This document shows positions 50,205 through 62,380 of a DNA stretch of 64,000 nt, piece after piece. The first letter of the stretch is position 1, and each line of letters starts with the position of its first letter. Made by a program: the position numbers and the translations under genes. The notes under the pieces were generated by a model. It saw nothing but the letters and a program-made list of their open reading frames with translations. It was not told the DNA's origin and did not search any database. The stretch is from Cenococcum geophilum (lineage: Eukaryota): the NCBI GenBank assembly GCA_050273025.1, contig CP158635.1, positions 19,716,001 through 19,780,000 of the forward strand. Reading direction: 5' to 3'.

Positions 50205-52138
50205 AGACTAGGGTTAATTGCCGTTTATAGGGTATAAAGGTTTATAAGGGCTTAAATTCCTAGCACCTAATTAATACCCTTAGCAAATTACGATTAAACC
50301 GTATCCGCCCATCTAAGCTAGCATATTTAGCTCTAACATAGCTATTACATCTAGCCCCTTATTAGGAGGTTAGTAGCTTAAGTTTTCTACCTTTATTCCT
50401 TAGTAAAGGGCAGTACTAATATATCTATTTACTTCCCGATAATACTAATCCGGCTAATCTTCTACGCCGCTTATATTAATAGGGTATAAAGCCCCGCTTA
50501 TATATGCGTATTGCGAGCTATTTATAACGGAAGGAGGTAGTATTATTATTAGTAGCGGGCGGGGTTCTCTAATACTAACCGCCTAGTAACAGATATGCCT
50601 ACTACTCACACGGTGATCGTATATAGATATATAAATATGCTAGGTAAAGGACTATATAGGGTACTGCATAAGGTGCTGCATAATGCTCGCCCTCCTAATA
50701 TAGCTGGCTAGTATTAGAGATTCCTTCGCAGTTATACCGCAGTGCCGCAGATCTATTATATGCCTAAAAGCTATAACCTTTTAATTTTAATCCGGGTGGT
50801 TCCTACTATAGCCCTATAGCTTAGAAGGCCGGATTATTAATCTTTTACCGCTCTACTACTAAGCAGTTAGGCAGAGCTAATAGCCCCTTAGCCCTAAACT
50901 AGCAGATTAAACAGTATCTTTAAAACATCCGTGGTAATGCAACTATACTATTAGGCAGGCATACATGGCCACCTAAGCGACACTCCATATAATGTTTGTT
51001 TAAATAATGCCTAACATAGCCCTATATAGGGTGGTCGCTTAAATCGGCAACGTCTAGTTGCTTTTCTACTGGGTAGCCTAGTAGGCATACTAGCTATAAT
51101 ATAGGTGGCTTTAGCTATTAGTAAACGCTAAAGCGGGTTGTCTAACTAACAGTATATCCTAGGTAAGAAAATAGCATATAGGTTAGCTAAAACGAGTGCG
51201 ACATAAGCTCGCTTAAGCCCTTAAGGGGGCGGATACGGCACGCCTATCTCTTCCTACCTTAGAAGGAGATATGCGGCAGAGTTAAATAAGATAATAGTGC
51301 TAACGCGGCTAGTAACTGCGGAATTCCCCTAACCCCCTTCTTATGGGATAGTTGCGGACTAGCGCCATCTAGAAGGCGAAAGGAGAGAGGGTGTATATAA
51401 GAGAGAGAATAGAATTATAAGGATATAGACGCGCTTAGCGGACAGAGGCGGGGCTAAAAGAGCTTAATAAAAATTAAAGCCATTAACTCCAGAGGCAGGA
51501 ATTAGGAGAGGAGGCTAAGACCATCTATATATTACCGTAGAATAGAAACTCACCCATTAGAAAGGCCGCAGTTAATTATATTAATTATTAGTTTAAGATA
51601 TAGGGGAATAAAGCAATAAGCGGGCTAGACTTATATACGCATTAGCGCTAAAGGGACGGCAGAAATGCCTTAATATAACTATGCCAGGGACTAGCAGTAA
51701 GAAGAGGAGGAGGCGCAGCATTAGGAGAAAGGAAAGATAGAGAATAAGAGGAAAAGTAGTAAGAGAAATGGCCTTTTATGGTTAAGGTTAAGGGGCAGTC
51801 TTGGCTTAGCTAGGGTTAATAAGCGAGGGCGCCTTGCCTGTAAAGGAAGCCTCTATTTCCTAATACAGTTTCCTACATAACAAAATAACTAAAAGGATAA
51901 TAATTAATAAGTTCCACGAGGTGTTTAAAACCCAACCTACTTAGTAGGCTAATAATAATGTAATGGAAATAGCATAGCTAGTGTAGTTAGAGTAGCGATC
52001 CCCTATAATAAGAGTGTGTTTTAGTATAATGTATATATATGTAGACAATATACAACTGTTTAATATTTTGTGATATATTATCTTAGTGTTAACCACCGTA
52101 TAGAAGTATAGGCCACCTTATATATAGTACCAATATTA

Positions 52139-52892
52139 CCCCACTAAAATACTTATAACTTAAGAACTACTATAGTTATTTATATAAAATTTTAAATATG
52201 GCTTATTAAATAGTAATTTAAGCTTTTTATAAAATAAAAATTTAAAATTTTAAAGCTATTTTATATATAGTTTTAAAATACTTATAGCTTAATAACTATA
52301 ATAGCTATTTATATAAAAATTTAAATATGGCTTACTAATTAATATATTAAACTTTTAATATAATTAAAATAAAATACTATAAAATATTTTATAAAGAGTT
52401 TAACTTATTAATTAGTAAGCTATATTGGTTTTTATATAAATAGCTATTATAATTATTAAGCTATATGTTAGCGACTTAGTTAATTAAGGTATAAGCACAG
52501 AAAGAGGGACACGTAAGCCTATATAATTGGTAGTTTATAAACAAGAATCTAAAGCTAGAGAAAGGAAAGGAGAGGGTGGCGCCACTTAACGTTATATATA
52601 ATCCTCTAGTTATATAATAGCAAATGTCTAAAACTGTCTAAAACTATATAAAACTGTCTACGATTGTCTGCTATAATTTACTAATATCTACTAGTTTCTA
52701 CTAGCGCCGTAACACTATAAGTATTTTAAAACTATATTTTAATATAAAATATAAAATAAAACTATATATAAAATAACTTTAAAATAAAGAATTTTTATTT
52801 TATAAAAAGCCTAAATTACTATTTAATAAGCTATATTAAATTTTTTATATAAATAACTATAGTAGTTCTTAAGTATAAGTATTTTGGTGGGG
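52139..52892. mobile_element. Foldback MITE with long TIRs and TA target duplication
   Basis: TA|CCCCACTAAAATACTTATAACTTAAGAACTACTATAG... is mirrored by ...CTATAGTAGTTCTTAAGTATAAGTATTTTGGTGGGG|TA. The arms pair over more than 100 bp and contain internal sub-repeats. Confidence 0.88.
52466..52714. mobile_element. Solo LTR (family B), 249 bp, 5-bp TSD CTATA, inside the MITE
   Basis: Ends are TGTTAGCG...CGTAACA, with CTATA at 52461-52465 and 52715-52719. Removing it restores the MITE arm symmetry. Confidence 0.88.
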
Positions 52893-53809
52893 TAATATAA
52901 GGTGGGACCGTGCACGAGGTGGCCTATTCTAGAAAGTTTAAATTTAGTCTAGATTAATATTACTCTAGCTACTAACTACTTTAATACCTATTAAGTAATC
53001 TAGCCCACTAACTCTCGTTCCTATATATATAAACAGTTCCTATTAAGGTATATCCTCTCTACTAATAGATTATGTATATTTACTATCTTTGTTATTCTAA
53101 AAGCCTAATTAATATGTAAGAGGATCCTCCCGTTAGTGGTGGTTTTTGAGATCTTACTATCCCGTATAAAAACTTTTTACTACTAACAACTACCAGCTTC
53201 TACCTGCATGCTGTGTAATGTCTATATAAAATCCCTAATGTTAAAGAAAAGCGTACCCTAATTATTCTATTTAATCTGCCTTTTAACTTTTTCTATAGGT
53301 GCAAGATATTAAATTAACCTATAATATAATGCTAACTGGAATAATTAGTAAACCTAGCTCCGTTAGACAAATATGCTTAATAATAAGGACTGAAACCCCG
53401 TTGCTACTAAGCCTATTATACTGCAAAATAAAAGGGCTATTATTGATATTGGTACGTTTTAAACGCACTTTATTAGCTAGCACTAATAGATATAGGTTAA
53501 TGGGCTACTTACTACTTCGTGTTTAACGGTTCTAAGAATAATAGGGCAAAACATGCTGTTATTTGTCGTGCTCTTACCGACTATAACAATTAATTTATTA
53601 TAGGCTAGAAACTTAGCCTTAGATAAGCAAAAGGCAGACTTTTAGGATATATTAGATATATTACGGACGAAACCTTTATATAGCCTACCCGTATTAGAAC
53701 ACCTTAATAGCAGTACTATACTGTTGGATTTTGCTGTTAGGCATTAGAGTAACTAAGTAACCTTAAGTCTTCCCCTTGTTGCCCAACCCTAAGCCTTATT
53801 ATATCGCTA

Positions 53810-54133
53810 AGACTCTTATATTATTAAGTTTTATTATATTACCGAGTATTATTATATTACCGCCGAGCCTTATTACGTTGCCAAGCCTTATTACATTATT
53901 AAGTCTTATTACGTTACCAAGTCTTATTACATCGCCGTTAAGCCTTATTATTTTACCGAGCCTTATTGCATTGTTAAGTCTTATTACGCTGCCGAGTCTC
54001 ATTACATCGCCGTTAAGCCTTATTATGTTACCGAGCCTTATTACATCGTCAAGTCTTATTACGTTACCGAGTCTTATTGCATCGCCGTTGAGCCTTATCA
54101 CGTTATTGAGCCCTATTATATCGCCGCCGAGCC
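53810..54133. repeat. 18/21-bp minisatellite (GAGCCTTATTACGTTGCC-like)
   Basis: About 17 units. This array produces the spurious repetitive ORFs in the track. Confidence 0.9.
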
Positions 54134-54135
54134 TC

Positions 54136-54208
54136 CTAGCTAGATTGGGTAATTAGACGTCGCGAATTTAACTCCTAGGCGTGGTGGGTTCGATTCCCAC
54201 TTGTCGCG
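54136..54208 (+). other. tRNA-like fragment (T-arm / Pol III B-box)
   Basis: GTGGG-TTCGATT-CCCAC forms a perfect T-stem/loop at 54184-54200, and a weak A-box-like TAGCTAGATTGG lies upstream. No complete cloverleaf was found. Confidence 0.35.
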
Positions 54209-55299
54209 TATTAAAAATATTAAAAAAGAAGGTCATTTCCTATTAAATTAGGCGTTAGTAAGGCTCTAAATTAAGCTTATATTTTTATACGTGTCTTATA
54301 ACGCCTAAAGTCATATATTTAACGAAATCTCAGCACTATATATTAAGCATATTGGCTCTTCTACGCCGATTTTTAATTATATTAGGCTAGCTCTAAATTA
54401 AAGTAAGAGGTAGAACGTACTATACCACTACGCTATAAGGACTTTAGAATGTAATCTTATGAATTTAACTAAATTATAACCCCTTCCTAAACCTTACGAT
54501 TAAACCAGATCCTTAGGGAGAGATCCCTACATCAAATCTTAGGGAACGTTTAGTGGCGACTTTAGATTAAATTTAAAGGCCCCAGAATATATCCGATCTA
54601 AAGCTTAAATCTGATTCTAATGTAATTGTTTAGTTAATCTGGCGACTTTCTAATCTAAAAGCTTTTCTAGATTAGTAAGCTATACCGTATATAGAATCTA
54701 AACTAAGGTCTTGGCGTTAGTTTAAATTAGGAGCTTAAAGCTTATCTGGAGCCTTATAGAAGGATTAACTTAATTTCAGATTTTATATTTTAGTAAGTAG
54801 TTAATCTGCTGTAGTCCAAAATCTTAGTTATTAGAAATTTGGGGTGTCTCTGCCACTATAGTAGCAGAGGCACCTTAAGTTTAATACTACGCTAAGTATT
54901 ACGACTTTCCTACAGTGACTAAGCAATCCTAAATTAAAGTAATTGTGGAACTTACTATACCACTGCCCGTAAAGGCCCTTAGTTATAGTCTTATAAATTT
55001 AATTAAAATATAAACGCCTTCCTAAATCTTACAATTAAATATTTCTATATGTAGCACTATGCTAAGGATTATGATATAGATTGCTTAGATATAGCTTTAC
55101 TATAATATAACGGCTCTATGCTAATTAATTGATCTATAGCTCTAAAATCTAGATCTATAACACTAAAAATAAGCTTTAAGCTACTAATTTTATATTAGCA
55201 GAATGAAACTTGGCAAGAGATTTGGGTAATAAAATTACTGTTAAGAGTTACTGCCCGGATCCTGGCCGATAAATACCTATAACTATAATCTTAGTAAAT

Positions 55300-55625
55300 A
55301 GCAAAAGTATATAGTAGTACCGAGACAATAGTAGGATAATATAAGATAATGATAGGACAATATAATATAATGGCAGGATAATAATAGGACAATATAGTAT
55401 AATAGTAGGATAATGGCAAGACAATATAACACAATGGTAGGACAATAATAGGATAATATGATATAATAGTAGGACAATAACAGGATAATATGACATAATA
55501 GCAGGACAATGATAGGACAATATAACATAATGGTGGGATAATGGTAGGATAATATGGGATAATATAATATAATAGTAGGACAATGGCAGGATAATATAAG
55601 ACAATATAAAAACATAAAATATAAG
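55300..55625. repeat. Compound 10/11-bp minisatellite (GGACAATRRYA / GGATAATATRRYATAATRGYA)
   Basis: Regular alternation of 11- and 21-bp blocks. Confidence 0.88.
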
Positions 55626-55649
55626 ATATAAAAAGAGGGAGCCCTAACG

Positions 55650-56900
55650 CTTCCTCTTCTTTCTACCCCTATGGCCTTGGCGCCTAATGTAGTGTAATAT
55701 CGTCTATCCGTATAAGCGATAGTATTAAGACGGTTACTTTAAGTAATATACCTAGATAACTGGTCTAGCGTATAGTTTGTATAATATGTGATAATAATAG
55801 GGGGATCTCCTATTGTTATATTGCTAAGTAATGCCTTTAAAGCCACGTTTTTCTAGTGCCTGGAGGTCCTTAAATTATTATAAAACGCTTTATAAGAACT
55901 CGTTTTAGCGCAGTAGCTTTAAGCCCCATAGTAGTTATATTTGGCCAGTCTTTAAGAATATAAACATTCTTAAATAAGGAAGTATCCTTAATAGCTATAA
56001 TTAAGCTAAGATCCGTATAAGGCTTATTTATAACGTATTATAGTGCTTTAATATTCTATTAAACTTAAATAAGGTGTTCTAATAACGGGAATCTATTAAT
56101 AGTTAGATATCTTCTTATTTAGAAAATATTGCACACTTACGGCTCTCTTATTAGCTTTTATAATGCCAATATAGTATAGCGACTAACTTTGTAAAATCTA
56201 GTTTGTTTCTTAACCATCGTCTATAATACGGATAAGTTAATCTTAATCTCTTTAGGTCTTAAAGAATAAGTTAACCTCTAGAGGATTTTATTCTAATACG
56301 GCTAATAGTCTCGCCGCCGCTATTGCAAGTATATATTTCGTTTAAAAAATGTTAGTCTTGGGAGTTAAAGCAATTAAAGACCTGGTGACTAGTCTTTTCG
56401 ACTAATCCTAACGGATTATTTTCCCTACTCTCCTAAGTAAGAACGCCACGCGGATTACTAGCCCTTAAGGTAAAAATATTACTAAGCTAATATAGGCCTT
56501 GTAGATGTTAGGGGATAACTACTTTAGAATTGTAGCATGCTTACCTGTTTATATATACTAATTCTATTACTATATCTAGATTCTAGTAAACTAAAAGGGT
56601 CTACTCTAATTTAACCTACTGCCTCTCTTAACGGTTTAATCGTGTCTTCTCTTAAAAGATTGTACTAAGAGCTTAGATACTTTTTTGTTAAGCTAGATAG
56701 ACCTAAGATCTTATTAACTTATAGTGGAATATCTCTGTTTTTACTAATAATATTCTGGCCCTTATTAGGGATATTAAGTATTTTAGTGGAGGTTAGAACC
56801 TCTAATTATACTAACTAGGCTCTACCAGTTAAGGGCTGACTAGGCGTCTTAAAGTATTAATAAATATAGTTACTAGTATATGTTAAGCTGCCTAGAAGGG
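55650..56900 (-). pseudogene. Hrr1/ZNFX1-like SF1 (Upf1-like) helicase, N-terminal part only, RIP-inactivated
   Basis: Minus strand: KYLSS*YNLLREDTIKPLREAV (~56620-56685); RVAF...VGKIIR*D*SKRLVTRSLIALTP..N.F*TK.ILAIAAAR (~56310-56450); LKRVL.KR..II*GPPGT.K Walker A (~55850-55910); PIIIT.YTNYTLDQL (=TNHALDQ). Confidence 0.8.
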
Positions 56901-59566
56901 ATTTATATATATAGAACTATAGCGCTATAGCCTAGAGGCTACATACGCAGTATTATACGTAGTATAATATAATGGAGATAAAAAAATTTTTATATATATA
57001 TATATAAAAAGTATTAACAAATCTAGGTGCTAAATTGAGCTTATTAAGACGGAGGAGACGTAAAATAGATAGGAGAAGGCTTATAAGTCTAGGTGGTGTA
57101 GCGGGTAGAGAAGCGTTCGCTAATACGCTTATTTATTTCTTGTAAGATATTTAACCGATTGTTTTATATATAACTAAATAATATAGTTACCTGTCTACAT
57201 AATCCTATATATTGGTCTTGGCGCGTAATTAAGACGTCTTTCCTACCGTACCTCCCCTAACGCTTCTAAAATTATAGCACTAATAATAGACCTAAGCTAT
57301 AACACTAAAGACACTCTTAAGCGAGATCTTAGGGTTATAAATAAATAATATAATACGATCTACTATGATGTTAAAATTAAAATGTCGATGCGCGGGCTCC
57401 TTGGATAGCCACTACGCTCCCTTATAAGTAAGGTATAAATACGGCAAATATTAAACGAAATCTCTAATAAATTTCTATCTGTGTTTCTAGGTTTACCTAA
57501 GAATCTATATACTAAATATGTTAAATAACTTGCCTAGCGCTATAGCTATAACGCGACGCGTTAAATAAATAAAACGGCTTTTACTAGGCAAATTATAATA
57601 GGCAACCTAGTACTCCCATACTCCGCTATTGCGCATTATCCACCGGCTGGTATACTAAAGGTAATAAGGTAGGAGGGAATACTAAGGTTATATAGGATAA
57701 TAATAATACTAATCCGGCGGGCAGCTAATAAAGAGCTAATAATTATCCTAACCTGAAAGCTAGCGACTAGTAAGAATAACGCCCTAGATATACACGTTGA
57801 TAATCTAAGCTTTGATATATTTATAGACATGCTAGGCTAGGGTATTAACTTTAACCCTAAGAACGAAACGCTTTACTACTATATTAGCGATAAGATAGCT
57901 AGAGGACGAATTTAGCTTATAAATAAAGAGAAATAGCGTAGTATGGTTAAGGATATGTTTCTATAAGAAATGGATAGGTTTTTATTTATAATAGAATAAA
58001 GAAGAACGAGTAGGTTACTATTTAAAGTTAATTTAGCGTTACTAACTTGTATTTATAGTCTGCGCTACCAGCTAAGAATAATGCAATTACTTACCCTCTA
58101 TTTCCGCACCCTTGCCTTTACTAGATAACTCGCACTCTATACGTATAAAAATAGGTAGAATAGGTAAATAGGTTAATACTAAGGCGATACTTAACCCATA
58201 GCTATCCTAAAAAACCTCTCCTAGTTAAAAAAGAGCCCTTACTCTACGCCTTAACCCGTAATAGAAAAGGCAAAGGTAACTATAACCGTAGCATGGATTA
58301 TGCGCCTTGAAGCCACTGCTTTATTCGGAATACTTACTGGTTTAATAGATTACTATATATAAAGGTAGACGGCTTAATATTAGAGCCCTTTGGCGTGCTA
58401 TTAGGCGAGGGAGTCTTAGAATAATATATCCTGGGATATTCTTATAACTTATCCGGCATTCTTAAAACGCTTAAGGGGATTAGATGATAAAGCCTAAGGT
58501 TTATACCTATTCTTTCTAGTAAACTTGTTAGGGTAATATATATTAACACCGTCCCCGGCTTACTCTTAGTATCTAATACCTAATCCTTATATCTATGCTT
58601 GCGCTTTCCTTACTATTCTACTAAATTTAATTGCTATTGCGATATATATATAGGGGATAGGTTGGGCTTATTATAGGCTGGCGGGGTTAACGACACGGAA
58701 GAATAACATTAGATGTTTGCGGTAGAAATACTAGGTATTGCATAAGGGTATAAAATATGGCGATATAACTATGTAGAAGTGTTATTGCTGTCCTATATAC
58801 CGCCTGTGCCTACCCTAGCATTATTTACACTAGTAAGCTATACGGATGAGGTAGATAAGCTTCGCTTTAAGCGTGAGACGGGTGTTAAACCTAGTGTAGG
58901 TGGACTGGAATAAGGTACAGGATCTAAAAGCCGGTGCCCTAGGTGGGTAAAGTGGTTTAATAAGGTACCTCCCTATTGAATTTAGACACGAGCCTTACTA
59001 GCCTGCTGCTTTTGTTACCGGGATTAACGTTTAACCTTTTATATACCTATACTGTATTTACTAAGGGATATGCTAATAGAATAAAATAGTTTCGCGTATA
59101 ATAGCAAATAGTATTAGATAATCTTTAACTATATAATAATGTTTTCTTAACTACTAACTTAATGCGAGTTAATAGGTTGCGGTTGTGGCTTAACCGCAAC
59201 CAGTTAGAACTAGCAGCTAATTATAATAAATATACCCCTATTTAAGTTATTTGCAAGCACTATAGCAATAATACTCCTACTAATACTGCTATTAGTCTAA
59301 TATATACTATACCAGTATACATTCTTTTAAGTTGTTAATCTATATACGCCCTAGACATTATAGAAATAGCTATAAGGTAACCTATTCTAGCTATAAGCTG
59401 TACTTTTTACTAACTAGGTAAATATAGGAGTGTTACTATAGCAGGTAAATGTAAAAACGCGTTATTAAACACTTAAACTAGTAGTAAGAACCCTACTTTG
59501 AGTTAACGTATAATAAGGAAACGAGGATAACTAGTATAATTAACCTTATGTCTCTACCTAGTCTAC

Positions 59567-59773
59567 TGTTGGGAGTTGCCCACGTCCTAGCTGACGGAAG
59601 GAAGAACGCGCTGATGGAGAATAAGTATGTGGAGCCCAGCTAGAATGAGCACGTGGAACCTAGCTAGAATGAGTAATATTGTAACTCTAGTCTAGTTATA
59701 TTTAGGCGCGGAGAGGAGTAGGCATGTAATAGACCCCGTTAACGTTGTATATAATATATTAAGCTAGCTAACA
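59567..59773. mobile_element. Probable solo LTR (family C) without a matching TSD
   Basis: Ends are TGTTGG...CTAACA (RIP form of CCAACA). It has an internal direct repeat (AGCTAGAATGAG x2) and a TATA-like tract, and is less RIPed than its flanks. The flanks TCTAC / ATGTA do not match. Confidence 0.45.
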
Positions 59774-59789
59774 ATGTATAGAATATATA

Positions 59790-61620
59790 TAGCCGCCTCC
59801 GGCCAAAAAGGGTAATCTCTAATAATGAGGATAGTGACTATAAGTCTACACCTGCTTCTTTTACGAAACGATAGCGACTAAATATTAATAAATCTACTAA
59901 ATCTGTTAATAATCTGGTAGTAGAACTAGCTTAGTTAAAGACGTAAAGTTCTAATCTTTTGGTTAAGGTAGGTTATACCTTTATATATAACCAGAGTCTA
60001 ACTATAATACTTAATAGTCTTCTCTACTATTTGGTACTTAACGGGCCCTAGTAAATAGAATACTCTCTTTGCTATCTAACCGCTAACCGCTATAAAAAGC
60101 AGCATCTTCGCAATATACCTCCGGCTCTTAATAATTGCGTATTGGTTTAAAATACTCTCCTACGCGTCTAATCTGTACCTTACCGCGTAAATAATTGCGT
60201 GCTAGTTTAAAATACTTTTCTACGCGCCTAATCCGTACCTTATCGCGTAAACAACTAATATTTGGCTTTATATTCTCTTTAGTAAGCCGTGTCCGCCTAA
60301 ACCCTAATATAGCTTCGTCTATGAGATAAGTAACCTCCCTTTAATACAGAGTATACCAACCTAGTATTTAATCTAAAGGGGACCTGAATAGCGCCAGGGA
60401 AAGTAAGGATAAGTTAGACTACGAAGACGATTTTGACCTAACTGCCGCGCTATGGGCAAGAGAAGAGTACCTTTGGATATTATAACGGCGACGTATAAAA
60501 GAAAACCTACCTAAGAGATATGAGCCTATATTTGCGCTTTGTAGGTCTATTTTACTAGTAAGGCTAGTAACTGACTCTGGGACTTATAACGGGCATCTTA
60601 TTAACCTATAGTTTGACCGCTTTCTAGGCCTTATTAAGGATATAATGAAAAAGGTATAGTTAGAAGCCATTTTAAAGCAGCTAAAAGCAGTATAAAAAAA
60701 AGCTAATTGTATTCCTGACCCGGTGTCCGCTCGTAAGGTATCTATATACTAGAAATATTATATTAAATTATTTACTAATAATCTTAATATTATATATAGC
60801 TATTTAACGCAATAGGGAACTTTAGGAACTACGTGATTATAAAGGCTCGTATGATTGTAAGGGAGGTATATAGGCTAGGGTTTAACAACGCGCCTAAACT
60901 TATTGTGGAACTACTAACTAATTATAATTTTATTGCGCTGGATTATATAAAGGTATTTTGCCTATGCTATTTAGTAAAATACTAATAAGAGTTAATAGCT
61001 AAGTGATAACCGCTTCCGTTCCAACGTAATAGTTGCTGGTATAGCTAGTATATTTTATAGTAGAGGAAAGAACGGCCTTACCTAATTACCCTGCTTTTGT
61101 AATATGTTTAAAAAGCTTACTGGCAACACTATTACTTTTATTTTAATAGCAATATATTATGTAATTAGGGAGTATAGAACTGGGTCTAAGGGAATAGACA
61201 ACTTTTATAGCACTGTTATTAGTAGTTAGTATATATTTAGTGTTTTACTACCTATTATTATTCTCTAACTCGTTATAGAAGCCTATGCTAACCTCTTAGG
61301 CGGCTAAAACTAGATGTTTAGAAAATGGTAATCTAGAATCTGGCTGCGGCTTTAGCCCGTAGTTATTAAATATGCTATAGGCCTAATGCCGGATTAATTA
61401 ACTATAGAAATTATTAAGGACCTGTATAAAGATAACCTTAACGACCTTATAGCGGATTTAAGCAATAATGTAAGAGAGAGGTTCCTTATAAGCCTTAGCG
61501 ATAACGAAACTAACGCGATTATTAACTTAGGCTATTTATTAGTAAGCTGGGCTATATTATCTAATCCACTAAGCCTATCTTAAAGGGAGAGCTCTAGAGT
61601 AGGCTAGACTAGTTCGCTAA
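59790..61620 (+). pseudogene. RIP-degenerate multi-intron gene near the right TIR; C-terminal segment resembles DUF6532-type proteins
   Basis: Several GT...CTAAC...AG introns. A de-RIPed segment FILxAMxHVIGEYxTGSKGxDNFxxTVISxAYANLL is followed by an acidic tail. The resemblance is by eye only. Confidence 0.4.
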
Positions 61621-62380
61621 GTCCGTCTTAAAGGGAGAGCTCTAGAGTAAGCTAGAAAATCTAGGGCCTTACTACTACTATAATATTTGCTAATTTAACT
61701 TTTGGAACTAGCTAAGTTTGTTAGATTTAGTAGAATATATATCCTCTGCTTTAGTGTATTACTTTATCCTAAATATAGGAACTGGTAAGCCTAGGCTAAA
61801 AAGGTTTAAATCTAATAAGTTATTTATATAATTTAAGCAGTACTATAGCCTTATAGAGGACAGCTATGGCTAGTATAGTAACGGGAAAGCAATATTAAAT
61901 TTAATTAAGAATAAGGAGTAGTATATAAAGTTTGTAATATATGCTCTGGACTCTAGTATAGAGGAGCCGGTAGAGTTTTTGGTAGGAGATTAGGTGTAGA
62001 ACTTTCTATATTCTCCTATAGGATAACTGCGGCTTCTTTATTATATATACTAGCTCTTAATCTACCTTTCTTTCGGCCTATATCTGCTACTTTTAGTAGC
62101 TACTTTTTGGCTATATATATGTGCTATACTAGTAAAGCTAAATACTTATATTATATTATTGTCGCAGAGAGAGCAGGAAAGGTCTTATAATTTTAGAATA
62201 TATTATAAAACAGTTGGAATATTATATTATATTATTTAAAATAATATATTGGATTATATAAGGAAGTGTATATAATTTGCCTTGCTAGCCTTATAAATAG
62301 CTTTAAAGTAGCCTTTTTTTATTATCTAAAATATACTATTGGTACAAAAGAGGTAGATGGCTCTAAATATAATTGTGGTT

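Larger units (their letters stand above)
19869..51960 (+). mobile_element. Starship-like element (boundaries tentative) nested within the giant TIR element
   Basis: A DUF3435 gene begins ~580 bp after an abrupt break in the SNF2 gene, and a Myb/SANT gene faces inward near the far end. GC-richer noncoding tracts occur at 19880-20450 and 51200-51950. There is a weak 10-bp inverted match, TTGTTATTAG (19879) / CTAATAATAA (51949). Confidence 0.6.
52111..52924. mobile_element. Outer miniature inverted repeat (GGCCACCTCGTGCACGGT-type arms, TA-flanked) enclosing a MITE
   Basis: TA|GGCCACCTTATATATAGTACCA at 52109 matches TGGGACCGTGCACGAGGTGGCC|TA ending at 52926. Differences are almost all RIP-type. 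Confidence 0.6.

Noticed and set aside
53776..54156. Repetitive ORFs on both strands (LITLPS / IRLGNV repeats)
   Set aside because: They are translations of an 18/21-bp minisatellite, with no evidence of being real genes.
55248..55615. Three overlapping Tyr/Cys/Ile-rich ORFs
   Set aside because: They are artefacts of the compound minisatellite.
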